64,000 nucleotides of DNA from the IMG/VR virus record IMGVR_UViG_3300023296_000994. One strand, given 5' to 3'. Source of the DNA: a virus. Positions 56,577 to 64,000 of the stretch are shown here, piece by piece (positions within the stretch are counted from its first letter, which is position 1; each line of letters opens with the position of its first letter). The notes under the pieces were generated by a model, which did not search any database, was not told where the DNA came from, and saw only the letters and a list, made by a program, of their open reading frames with translations. Both the position numbers and the translations under genes were made by a program.

Positions 56577-57035
56577 TTATTTTAGTAACCAGTCTGCTGC
56601 CTTACAAGCAACTTGTTCGTCTGGTTTAACCAAAACGCTGTATCCCATACCTTCACACCAACCTCGTGCTGATTTCACAAGACGATTACTTAGTGTGTTT
56701 TTAGTACCATTGAAATCAATTTCAAGGTGCTCAATTTTAAGAAATGGTAATGATTCTTTGATAAATTCAGCTAAGTCTACAGTCATTTCCACTTCTCGCC
56801 ATAAACGGCTCCAGTGGTCTCTTCCTGTTTGAATTTTATCTTTGGTATATACAAAGTGCACACCCTTAGCAGACCTACGGAATGCAACTACAGTAGCGTA
56901 GTGTGTCCATCGTCCGTAGTCCTGACTGTCAGTACCAACGTAGATTTTAGTATCTGGGTACTTGTGTAATCGTTCGCTGATGTAATCAATTAAGTTTACA
57001 CGAAGACCTTCTAATGTCGAAAATTTAGAAACCAT
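56577..57035 (-). CDS. RNase H-like YkuK/DUF458 family protein
   Basis: KIYVGTDSQ, RLWREV, KP..ACKAAD. Confidence 0.8.
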   Translation of the reverse strand: MVSKFSTLEGLRVNLIDYISERLHKYPDTKIYVGTDSQDYGRWTHYATVVAFRRSAKGVHFVYTKDKIQTGRDHWSRLWREVEMTVDLAEFIKESLPFLKIEHLEIDFNGTKNTLSNRLVKSARGWCEGMGYSVLVKPDEQVACKAADWLLK

Positions 57036-57050
57036 TGTTTGTGATTTTAG

Positions 57051-57245
57051 TTAATCAGCAAATTTGTTATTTTGAATATCAGCTTTTAACTGAATTATTA
57101 ATTCGTTTACCATCCACATTCGATGTTCCAATGCGCCGGCAACAGCTGGCCAATTCCGCGGAATTTCTTGTTTCGCTGTGATAATTCCAGCCGGATTAGA
57201 TAGCTTTTCAATACTATCTAATTCTTCAATTAATTTATCGCTCAT
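57051..57245 (-). CDS. hypothetical protein
   Basis: Tightly packed small ORF. Confidence 0.4.
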   Translation of the reverse strand: MSDKLIEELDSIEKLSNPAGIITAKQEIPRNWPAVAGALEHRMWMVNELIIQLKADIQNNKFAD

Positions 57246-57248
57246 ATT

Positions 57249-57476
57249 TTATTTGTATATGATATTAATTCCCTTGGGAATTTTATGCCCAATACCAACT
57301 ATTTTCCCAGTACACATTTCATAGTATACCGTTGATACTTCGCCTATTCTGTATACGTTAATATATCCACCATCGCTGGTAAATGCGTACGCTGAATTGG
57401 TACGTGTAGTGTATATAGGCTTTATGTCAGTTATAGTAACTTTTTTAGCTTCCATCGTATAAAGATAACTATACAT
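57249..57476 (-). CDS. hypothetical protein
   Basis: Tightly packed small ORF. Confidence 0.4.
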   Translation of the reverse strand: MYSYLYTMEAKKVTITDIKPIYTTRTNSAYAFTSDGGYINVYRIGEVSTVYYEMCTGKIVGIGHKIPKGINIIYK

Positions 57477-57512
57477 GAAAGCAATTTATCTGTTACTATA
57501 TGATGTGGCTAA

Positions 57513-57719
57513 TTATGCCGATCCGTAACGATAGGAGCACCAGGAATCGTATTCTTCATTCCAAAAGAAGCCTAATTTATCAAGTGTAGCTACATCCGTA
57601 TCACTTACGGATTCTTGTGCAACGTCCATTACCATAAGCATGTCATGTTCACAATGAGTAGGATAATCCACGTCAGCGTATTTGGAAAAAATGGTCAATG
57701 CTTCGATTAGCTTTTTCAT
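57513..57719 (-). CDS. hypothetical phage protein
   Basis: LIEALTIFSKY..PTHCEHD..LGF; A-rich leader. Confidence 0.5.
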   Translation of the reverse strand: MKKLIEALTIFSKYADVDYPTHCEHDMLMVMDVAQESVSDTDVATLDKLGFFWNEEYDSWCSYRYGSA

Positions 57720-57729
57720 TTTGTTTGTT

Positions 57730-57933
57730 TTACCACCCTATTTGCTTGCTGGCTGCGGTCCACGCCGCTGGGTCCGCGCCGCGCAGTCCAAACATACGAC
57801 TTGAAAAGTATTTACCGCGCTCCCCTTCAAAGTAGCTGGGGTCAGACGCACCGAAGCGCCACAAGCGTAGCATTTCCTCCAAGCCCATCGCGTCAATTGT
57901 TGCCTTTTCTTCTACAGTCAAATTATCAGTCAT
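57730..57933 (-). CDS. hypothetical phage protein
   Basis: LRLWRF..YF.GE.G.YF..ASKQIGW. Confidence 0.5.
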   Translation of the reverse strand: MTDNLTVEEKATIDAMGLEEMLRLWRFGASDPSYFEGERGKYFSSRMFGLRGADPAAWTAASKQIGW

Positions 57934-57951
57934 AATTCAGTTATTATTTTG

Positions 57952-58025
57952 TGGGCCCAGAGGGATTCGAACCCCCGGCCAACCGATTATGAGTCGGATG
58001 CTCTAACCAACTGAGCTATGGGCCC
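57952..58025 (-). tRNA. tRNA with CAU anticodon, Ile2 (lysidine) type
   Basis: GGGCCCA acceptor, canonical D and T arms, CCGA-CTCATAA-TCGG arm typical of Ile2 rather than Met. Confidence 0.85.
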
Positions 58026-58054
58026 GATTTTATTCATTTTAATCTTTAAATCAT

Positions 58055-58315
58055 TTACAGATTATAATCATTAATGTTAAAACGAATATGAATACTGTTA
58101 TTCATGAATCCATCTACGTACGCTTCACGTAATAGATTTTCAATTGAAGTTTTGTATAAATCCATACCTTTTGTTACACCTTTATTATAACCATTTATAT
58201 ACCCGTCAGAAAATCCCACACATTCATCCTGTGTGTGCTTATCACGGATATAGCTAGTTAGGTCAGTAGCCAATTCGTCGGTCATGTTTCTTTTCGGTTT
58301 CGTATCGGTAGTCAT
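58055..58315 (-). CDS. hypothetical protein
   Basis: 86-aa ORF. Confidence 0.45.
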   Translation of the reverse strand: MTTDTKPKRNMTDELATDLTSYIRDKHTQDECVGFSDGYINGYNKGVTKGMDLYKTSIENLLREAYVDGFMNNSIHIRFNINDYNL

Positions 58316-58317
58316 AA

Positions 58318-58710
58318 TTATAATTTTACTTCAAATTGATTTTTCATCTTGGTAATTGTTTCGGAAGGTACACCGTGAACGTTGGCACCTTCATGGCGAG
58401 TTTCAACAATCAACGAAGTAACTTTGTATCCGTACGTCTTAGCCAACGTGTAGTATGATTCCATTTCCCATTCACGGGTAAAGGTATTGGATACTACAAT
58501 CGTAGAAGCCTCATCCGTACCCATCCAATCGTTAACGCAATTCTTACACCATTCGTGAGCTTTTTGACTTAACGCCGGGTCAAATTTATACTGCCCTTGC
58601 CAGTCCAGAAAATAATGGTCGGCTTCAACATGGTACTCATCAGCTAGCAGTTTTGCTAATGTGGTTTTGCCTGACCCAGGCAATCCACGAATAAGAATTA
58701 ATTCTTTCAT
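58318..58710 (-). CDS. P-loop kinase (AAA_33, polynucleotide kinase-like)
   Basis: LIRGLPGSGKTT, EADHYF, VVSNTF, NVHGVP. Confidence 0.8.
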   Translation of the reverse strand: MKELILIRGLPGSGKTTLAKLLADEYHVEADHYFLDWQGQYKFDPALSQKAHEWCKNCVNDWMGTDEASTIVVSNTFTREWEMESYYTLAKTYGYKVTSLIVETRHEGANVHGVPSETITKMKNQFEVKL

Positions 58711-58720
58711 TTCTTTTTGT

Positions 58721-58779
58721 TACAATACTAAGATACAACATTCACCTGACTCAATCAAGCGATTGCTAAACTTTAACAT
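58721..58779 (-). promoter_or_regulatory. repeated early promoter, copy 4
   Basis: ATGTTAAAGTTT-N8-CTTG-N20-TATCTTAG-TATTGT. Confidence 0.8.
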
Positions 58780-58785
58780 ATAAAA

Positions 58786-59031
58786 TTATTTCGTAATAAA
58801 CAGTGTATCACCTATATTATATACCTCATTAGAATAAATGGTTGTAGTATATACCCAACCGGTATGTATATTATACTGGTATTTATAATTGTCTTGATTT
58901 GATTCCATCGCCGTATGTATAGTGGCTGTTTCATCATACATAATACTATGGCAGCTAGACACCGTTATCAGTGCCAGTAAAAGTAGTAATACATAGATTA
59001 CACGCTTATATTTAGTTTCTTGTTTCATCAT
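58786..59031 (-). CDS. putative lipoprotein
   Basis: Hydrophobic signal ending VSSC. Confidence 0.5.
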   Translation of the reverse strand: MMKQETKYKRVIYVLLLLLALITVSSCHSIMYDETATIHTAMESNQDNYKYQYNIHTGWVYTTTIYSNEVYNIGDTLFITK

Positions 59032-59056
59032 TTTGTTTATTTGTTTGTAATGTTAA

Positions 59057-59335
59057 TTAACATATCCAACCATCATCCTTTAGTAATTGTAAGTAACGGG
59101 GACTTTGTTCATACATGTAATGGTACCATTTGAAATAGTATATACTATGTTCCAATTTGTATACATAGTATCCATATTGTTCGGCTTGTTCATTTTCTCC
59201 TATTAGAAATCCATCCAATAGAAGTCTGAATAGCTGGAATACGTCATAATTCATAGCGTTTTCTTTGACCGAGATTTCGCTTAAAGCATATTGCCCGTTT
59301 AAGTATCCTTGTTTATCCATGTAAATATTTTTCAT
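59057..59335 (-). CDS. hypothetical protein
   Basis: 92-aa ORF. Confidence 0.4.
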   Translation of the reverse strand: MKNIYMDKQGYLNGQYALSEISVKENAMNYDVFQLFRLLLDGFLIGENEQAEQYGYYVYKLEHSIYYFKWYHYMYEQSPRYLQLLKDDGWIC

Positions 59336-59347
59336 TTATATTAATTA

Positions 59348-59485
59348 TTATACCCATTCTTCCCCACAATCGGGGCATGTATATAATAATATGTCAAAGT
59401 GCATTTCTAAAACACTGGTCATAGGCTTATCGCAGCAGGGGCTCTTAGGTTTGAACCAATTAGCTATATGCTTAAAGATACTCAT
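59348..59485 (-). CDS. 45-aa zinc-ribbon protein missed by the ORF track
   Basis: MSIFKHIANWFKPKSPCCDKPM...YTCPDCGEEWV. Confidence 0.5.
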   Translation of the reverse strand: MSIFKHIANWFKPKSPCCDKPMTSVLEMHFDILLYTCPDCGEEWV

Positions 59486-59490
59486 TAGAT

Positions 59491-60030
59491 TTATTTTCGG
59501 TTCCATTTAAAAGATTTATCCAAATCATCTTTATCAAATTCGGATAGCATGTTATCAGCTGCTCCCAAAAATTGCAATTTATCCCAACAAGCCATTTCTG
59601 TAAATGCTTGTTGCTTAGATGGCTTCATTTGTCCGAATTGATGAAAGCGCATGTGTTGGTTACACAACTGAGCTACCATTTCAACGTTAGCTCCACGATT
59701 AACAATCCATTCTTGAACGTCCTTATTAGTGGACACCAGTTTGGCAGCTTCATGGTCATGACCAGGACACGTAGGAAACCCCGTCTTAGGATTGATACGT
59801 ACTGTGTCAATCTTACAAATGTCATGCAACATACCTGCCATAATCAAATCTGGGTCATCTGTTGCCATGAGACGCTCTGTAACGATACGAATGTGTTCGA
59901 ATGTATTGGGCTCTGGATGGAAATCAGGCCGCTCTCTTAGCAGCTTAGAATTGTCCAATCTAGTCCATACAACGACCGGAGCCGAGTTAACCAGTTCAAA
60001 AAATACCTTACGTGTGTTCGTCTGTGTCAT
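59491..60030 (-). CDS. HD-domain phosphohydrolase (CCA/Pnkp-associated type)
   Basis: FHPE..TFEH, LHDICK, GHD, QHM, AD. Confidence 0.8.
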   Translation of the reverse strand: MTQTNTRKVFFELVNSAPVVVWTRLDNSKLLRERPDFHPEPNTFEHIRIVTERLMATDDPDLIMAGMLHDICKIDTVRINPKTGFPTCPGHDHEAAKLVSTNKDVQEWIVNRGANVEMVAQLCNQHMRFHQFGQMKPSKQQAFTEMACWDKLQFLGAADNMLSEFDKDDLDKSFKWNRK

Positions 60031-60088
60031 ACAATACTAAGATACAAAATGGCATTGGAATATCCAAATCTTGTTGAAACTTTAACAT
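60030..60088 (-). promoter_or_regulatory. repeated early promoter, copy 5
   Basis: ATGTTAAAGTTT-N8-TTTG-N20-TATCTTAG-TATTGT-ATG. Confidence 0.8.
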
Positions 60089-60094
60089 ATCGGA

Positions 60095-60355
60095 TTATTC
60101 CGTAATTATAGACATATTGGTAATTTCATACCAATCTAATCGCATACAACCTGAGCCATCATCTTCCCATCTGGGAAATAGTTCAAATTCATACCATTGA
60201 TCATGCTTTAAATCATCGGCATTCATATTTAATATAGAGTCAGTTATTAATTCTATATCATATGATACAATAAAATGATTAGGATGAATGTATGAAATAC
60301 GTATATCGCATAGCGTTCCATCATCATTATATGCTTCCGCTTTAACCATCACCAT
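60095..60355 (-). CDS. hypothetical acidic protein
   Basis: 86-aa ORF. Confidence 0.4.
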   Translation of the reverse strand: MVMVKAEAYNDDGTLCDIRISYIHPNHFIVSYDIELITDSILNMNADDLKHDQWYEFELFPRWEDDGSGCMRLDWYEITNMSIITE

Positions 60356-60759
60356 CCGGCGTTAATCCAACATTTATGAAAATTATCAAGTAATCCTCGG
60401 ATATTATCTGCTCCTACCGGATTTGCTGAATGTACGTAATATTTGGGTAATCCCAAACCAGAATCCATACAATAATTAACCAACCATTTCGCACATTGCA
60501 TTCCAGTTTTTTCGGTATACACCTGGGCATCTTGGTATTCTTTACTAGCATCATAATCATCCCAATATTCTTGTGGTGTATAGTGCTCATCTGCCAAATC
60601 ATGGTCAAATGAGATCATATCCGGCATTCCAAATCTGGTAATCCATTCTGTAAATTGGTCATAACTTACGACCCACTCGATGCTAGTGGCACCAGGCGGA
60701 ACTTTCTGTTCATTATCCAAAAATGGATTTCTGTAATCATCTAACCAAAGTAACTTCAT
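60349..60759 (-). CDS. cyclic-phosphate-processing receiver-like domain protein
   Basis: LWLDDYR.P, ISFDHDL, TG..CAKWL, VHSANPVG. Confidence 0.75.
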   Translation of the reverse strand: MKLLWLDDYRNPFLDNEQKVPPGATSIEWVVSYDQFTEWITRFGMPDMISFDHDLADEHYTPQEYWDDYDASKEYQDAQVYTEKTGMQCAKWLVNYCMDSGLGLPKYYVHSANPVGADNIRGLLDNFHKCWINAGW

Positions 60760-61784
60760 AATAATTTATTTTCTACGATTTTCCAAATCCCGGCTGAAAT
60801 ATCTTTGTTATCTAATAACCCAAATACAGAACCAGGATACTTTGAATCTTTTTTTATAAAGAATGCTTGTTCTTTACGTGTTGGTAACGACCTTGCTAAC
60901 ATACAGCTATGTAGAACATCAATATTAATCATGGTATATTCCTGCGTGAATTTATTTTCCCAATCACGAATTTCATCGAATAGTTCATCTGGAACATCCT
61001 TAAGGTCTGATGTTATCGGTGATCCAGCTGCTAATGCTCTAAGTATTTTCTTAGGAGTCATATCAGTCATAAGACTGTGCAACCGTACATATGTTTCGAA
61101 TTTAATTTTAACTCTGAAACCAGACTCAAATCGTATTACGAAACCTTCGGCATTATCCCAGTCAAGTGCTTTGATTGTATTATAGTCTTCGAAAAAACTA
61201 CGGCTAACTTCATTAAACGGAGTACGGTTTTCTAATTTGCTAAAAGGAATTTCGGCAAATGTCATATTATCAGTACGACGATATCCGGCTAATAAAATTA
61301 ATGTGCTCATTGGACCGTAATCCACAACTATACGATTTTCTGGAAAAATTATTTCTACCAAATATGTTACATTTGTATCTAATAAATTAGTATCCAGGCC
61401 AAGTAGCATTTTTTTGGCTTCTACAGCTTGGTCGCTTTCAAACGAACCACGAGTATTAACTCGCCACGTACCATCATAATAATATACTATACCGAGCGAA
61501 CCATCTACTTTGTGAAAAACCTCAAATGTTTCATTTGGTATTTCGTGTGATTCGTGCTCTTCTATATTAAAGAACTTTGGAAATGGGTAAGCGATAACAT
61601 TGCCCGTTGATATTTCAAATACAATACCCCGGGATTGCAACGTTACTGCATCCCAGCCGCGTGAAAATTGAGTTTCTTGTGAATAGTTAAACAGTACTAA
61701 CTTACCGTCTGATGAATATTGTGCATTAACTCTACCAGCTTTACCAGCTTCATAGAACTTACTTATATGTGGTATAGTGTTCAT
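60756..61784 (-). CDS. RNA ligase (T4 Rnl1 family)
   Basis: RGIVF, FPKFFN, KVDGSL, TRGSF.S.QA, EGFV, RVKIK..Y. Confidence 0.9.
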   Translation of the reverse strand: MNTIPHISKFYEAGKAGRVNAQYSSDGKLVLFNYSQETQFSRGWDAVTLQSRGIVFEISTGNVIAYPFPKFFNIEEHESHEIPNETFEVFHKVDGSLGIVYYYDGTWRVNTRGSFESDQAVEAKKMLLGLDTNLLDTNVTYLVEIIFPENRIVVDYGPMSTLILLAGYRRTDNMTFAEIPFSKLENRTPFNEVSRSFFEDYNTIKALDWDNAEGFVIRFESGFRVKIKFETYVRLHSLMTDMTPKKILRALAAGSPITSDLKDVPDELFDEIRDWENKFTQEYTMINIDVLHSCMLARSLPTRKEQAFFIKKDSKYPGSVFGLLDNKDISAGIWKIVENKLL

Positions 61785-61789
61785 ACTAA

Positions 61790-62077
61790 TTAGATTACCC
61801 GAGAAATAGCTTCGTTAGCAGTAGCATCATTCGAACGACGAACTGAATCCGGGCTCATTTCATTCATAGCGAACCAGAATGCCCGGCGGTTGTATCGCCC
61901 TACAATAGTACGATATACAGATTTTAAATCAGTATACGACATGACTGTAATCTCATTGGTATCAAGGTCAACTTGTGACGCTGTTACCCATTCATGAGTC
62001 TCACCAACGTATCCGACGAGGGAATATTCTCGGAAGACAATAATCTTGCTTTCTGAAATTTGATGTGATGTTATCAT
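61790..62077 (-). CDS. hypothetical early protein
   Basis: First ORF after an early promoter. Confidence 0.45.
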   Translation of the reverse strand: MITSHQISESKIIVFREYSLVGYVGETHEWVTASQVDLDTNEITVMSYTDLKSVYRTIVGRYNRRAFWFAMNEMSPDSVRRSNDATANEAISRVI

Positions 62078-62101
62078 GGTATTGTGTTTAAATCTATCGG
62101 T

Positions 62102-62160
62102 TACAGTACTAAGATACGCATACCAGTTGAGTATTCCAAATCTTTTTGAAACTTTAACAT
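62102..62160 (-). promoter_or_regulatory. repeated early promoter, copy 6
   Basis: ATGTTAAAGTTT-N8-TTTG-N20-TATCTTAG-TACTGT. Confidence 0.8.
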
Positions 62161-62179
62161 ATCTAGCATAATCAGTATG

Positions 62180-62428
62180 TTATACTTCCATTTTAATATC
62201 TGATATTATACTATTATCTATTTCTAAGCATTGTTCTTCATTAATTTGACTATATTCGGCCAGGAAGAACGCGGATGGGTTTGCCGCATCAGGTGAAATT
62301 TTACCGGTAAATGCACCTCCCGCCGGCCAACGACCAATGGTCTCGCGCTGGTGCTCAGTATATAAATCACTAATATTATCAATAATAATTTTAGTTAATT
62401 GTTTCTTTGTTATGCTATGTTTAGACAT
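62180..62428 (-). CDS. hypothetical protein
   Basis: 82-aa ORF coupled to the ligase stop. Confidence 0.4.
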   Translation of the reverse strand: MSKHSITKKQLTKIIIDNISDLYTEHQRETIGRWPAGGAFTGKISPDAANPSAFFLAEYSQINEEQCLEIDNSIISDIKMEV

Positions 62429-63525
62429 TACATATCTGATTTATCGCGGATACCAATAGCCACAGGAAATCTAGGAATACCATCATCAGTAAGTTCAAAG
62501 AATTTAACTTTTAACATTTCTCCTATATATTGGTCTGCATCAATTAGATATTGCTGTTTTTCACTCAACTGTCCATTTGCCAAACATCTAAATTCTTGGT
62601 TGTTTGTATTTGTACAAATCCAAATACAAGTACTATTTATTCCCCGGTCGAATCCGGTAATTTTAAATTCATCATCAAGAAACGTTTTGATTTTTAGTAA
62701 ACGCTTTGACCTACCTCTAAATTTATAATTAGAATTATCAAGCATTCGGGCAATACCACCTTCGTATCCTTGATCTAGCCATCCATTAACATATTTCATT
62801 ATATCGTTTTCGTTGTTACATGTTTTAGTTTCAACTAACGACACAGCTCCACCGTTGTATATAAATTCCTGTAAGTCTTTGTATCTTTCTTTTTGATTTT
62901 TGGGTTTACTTGGGTCAACGATGTAATCATATACATGGTATACTAATTTACTTGACGCTTCACGTTTCTTTTTGAAGGCAGATGTTATTTCCTGAAATGT
63001 CCATCCATGTACGTATAATTCACCATCGGCAACATGGCCGGGCAGCATGGTATCTTCTAACCAAGTTATAATATGCGGTACTGTGGGAATTTCTTTGCCC
63101 TGACGAGAATACAATGTTACATTTCCACTTTCATCACACTGAGCAATACAACGTATACCATCCAACTTAGGCTGTACGTAACATGGATATGTGTGGCCAT
63201 CAACTTTCTTTCCGGCACGAGATTCGAATGAAACGGCTAGCATTGGTAGTAGTCTATTTCCACCCAGAGCTTCATCTTTATTTTCGTAGTATTTACGAGC
63301 TAGTTTATTTTCCCACATAGCAGTGGCTTCCTTAATAGCTTGTTCTTCGGCTGTAGTTTCATTCGATTTTCCCACGTTCTTTGGATTCGCAGGTTTACTA
63401 CTTGTAGCTTTATCACCATCGATAGTACCATACTCGGTATGAATGATGGAACCATCTACCCATACTTCCCATGTATGCAATTTACCGGCACTACTTTTAT
63501 TGTATAGGATTTTAAATTTGGTCAT
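62428..63525 (-). CDS. ATP-dependent DNA ligase
   Basis: PMLA, QPKLDGIRC, DGELY, YHVYD, YEG, RSKRLLKIK, PRFP. Confidence 0.93.
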   Translation of the reverse strand: MTKFKILYNKSSAGKLHTWEVWVDGSIIHTEYGTIDGDKATSSKPANPKNVGKSNETTAEEQAIKEATAMWENKLARKYYENKDEALGGNRLLPMLAVSFESRAGKKVDGHTYPCYVQPKLDGIRCIAQCDESGNVTLYSRQGKEIPTVPHIITWLEDTMLPGHVADGELYVHGWTFQEITSAFKKKREASSKLVYHVYDYIVDPSKPKNQKERYKDLQEFIYNGGAVSLVETKTCNNENDIMKYVNGWLDQGYEGGIARMLDNSNYKFRGRSKRLLKIKTFLDDEFKITGFDRGINSTCIWICTNTNNQEFRCLANGQLSEKQQYLIDADQYIGEMLKVKFFELTDDGIPRFPVAIGIRDKSDM

Positions 63526-63992
63526 TATACGTTGAAATATTTAATATCAGTTATTAATACGTCGATTGCATCATTTAAATCGGTATGTAATTCGATTGCA
63601 TATTTGTCACACACCATTTCTACATTTCCTTTTCTCCAGAATCCTTCTGGACAACACACAATTAATTTATTATCCTTTGCATGGAGACCAAGTTCCAATA
63701 AAGAAATCGGCGATTTAGTTCCAGGTGAAAAATAGAGAAATATAATATCACTGATATCCAACTTGTCAAGTTCCCAAGAAACTTGTGCATTAAATTGTGG
63801 GTTATCGATTGATTGTTTCCAACTTGAATCCCAGTCATCACGTCTGGGATTATATAAAATTGCACGTTCCTTCGAATCTACAACTTTATTATATACTGTG
63901 TGTTGCCAGTCTACTGCTTTTCCCATTTCAATTGAACCCGCAAGAAAAATCTGGGGAGCTCCGTTGAGTTTAGGGTATTTGGTCATGTCCAC
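63525..63992 (-). CDS. nucleoside 2-deoxyribosyltransferase-like protein
   Basis: IFLAGSI, NPRRDDWD, QVSWE, SPISLLELG, FWRKGNV. Confidence 0.8.
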   Translation of the reverse strand: MDMTKYPKLNGAPQIFLAGSIEMGKAVDWQHTVYNKVVDSKERAILYNPRRDDWDSSWKQSIDNPQFNAQVSWELDKLDISDIIFLYFSPGTKSPISLLELGLHAKDNKLIVCCPEGFWRKGNVEMVCDKYAIELHTDLNDAIDVLITDIKYFNV

Positions 63993-64000
63993 TTCTTGCG

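Noticed and set aside
49809-62160. Dispersed repeats as CRISPR array or mini-array
   Set aside because: Copies are kilobases apart, consist of short boxes with promoter spacing and always precede gene starts; no cas genes
1-64000. Stop-codon reassignment
   Set aside because: Core genes are full length in code 11 and no suppressor tRNA is present

Overview
This 64 kb window is part of a large, AT-rich T4-like (myovirus-type) phage genome. Essentially every real gene is on the minus strand; the plus-strand ORFs in the track look like shadows. Bacteroidota-type promoters (nTTG-N20-TAnnTT[T/A]G) and a DUF4494-like gene point to a Bacteroidota host. Coordinates 1-13.8 kb hold neck, head and packaging genes: gp15/14/13-like, major capsid, scaffold, phage bS21, prohead protease, portal, intein-bearing terminase and a holin. 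14.8-20.4 kb is a block of putatively capsid-packaged enzymes, including a gene fractured by a split intein and carrying two endonucleases. 20-43 kb has virion/baseplate genes, an Mre11-Rad50 fusion, primase, PhoH and a gp55-like late sigma factor. 43-64 kb is an early/accessory region with tRNAs, a second split-intein fractured gene (IMPDH), RNA-repair enzymes and DNA ligase. The most unusual signals are: (1) a compact, circularly permuted two-piece tmRNA; (2) a tRNA-Ile(UAU)-like RNA whose D-loop-like sequence lies 3' of the anticodon arm, co-transcribed with an RNA ligase; (3) an HNH endonuclease inserted in frame with no intein, at a likely prohead-protease site; (4) a split intein inside a ligase KxDG motif; (5) bS21 next to capsid genes with strong Shine-Dalgarno sites. 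All family calls come from motif recognition by eye; no database searches were run.
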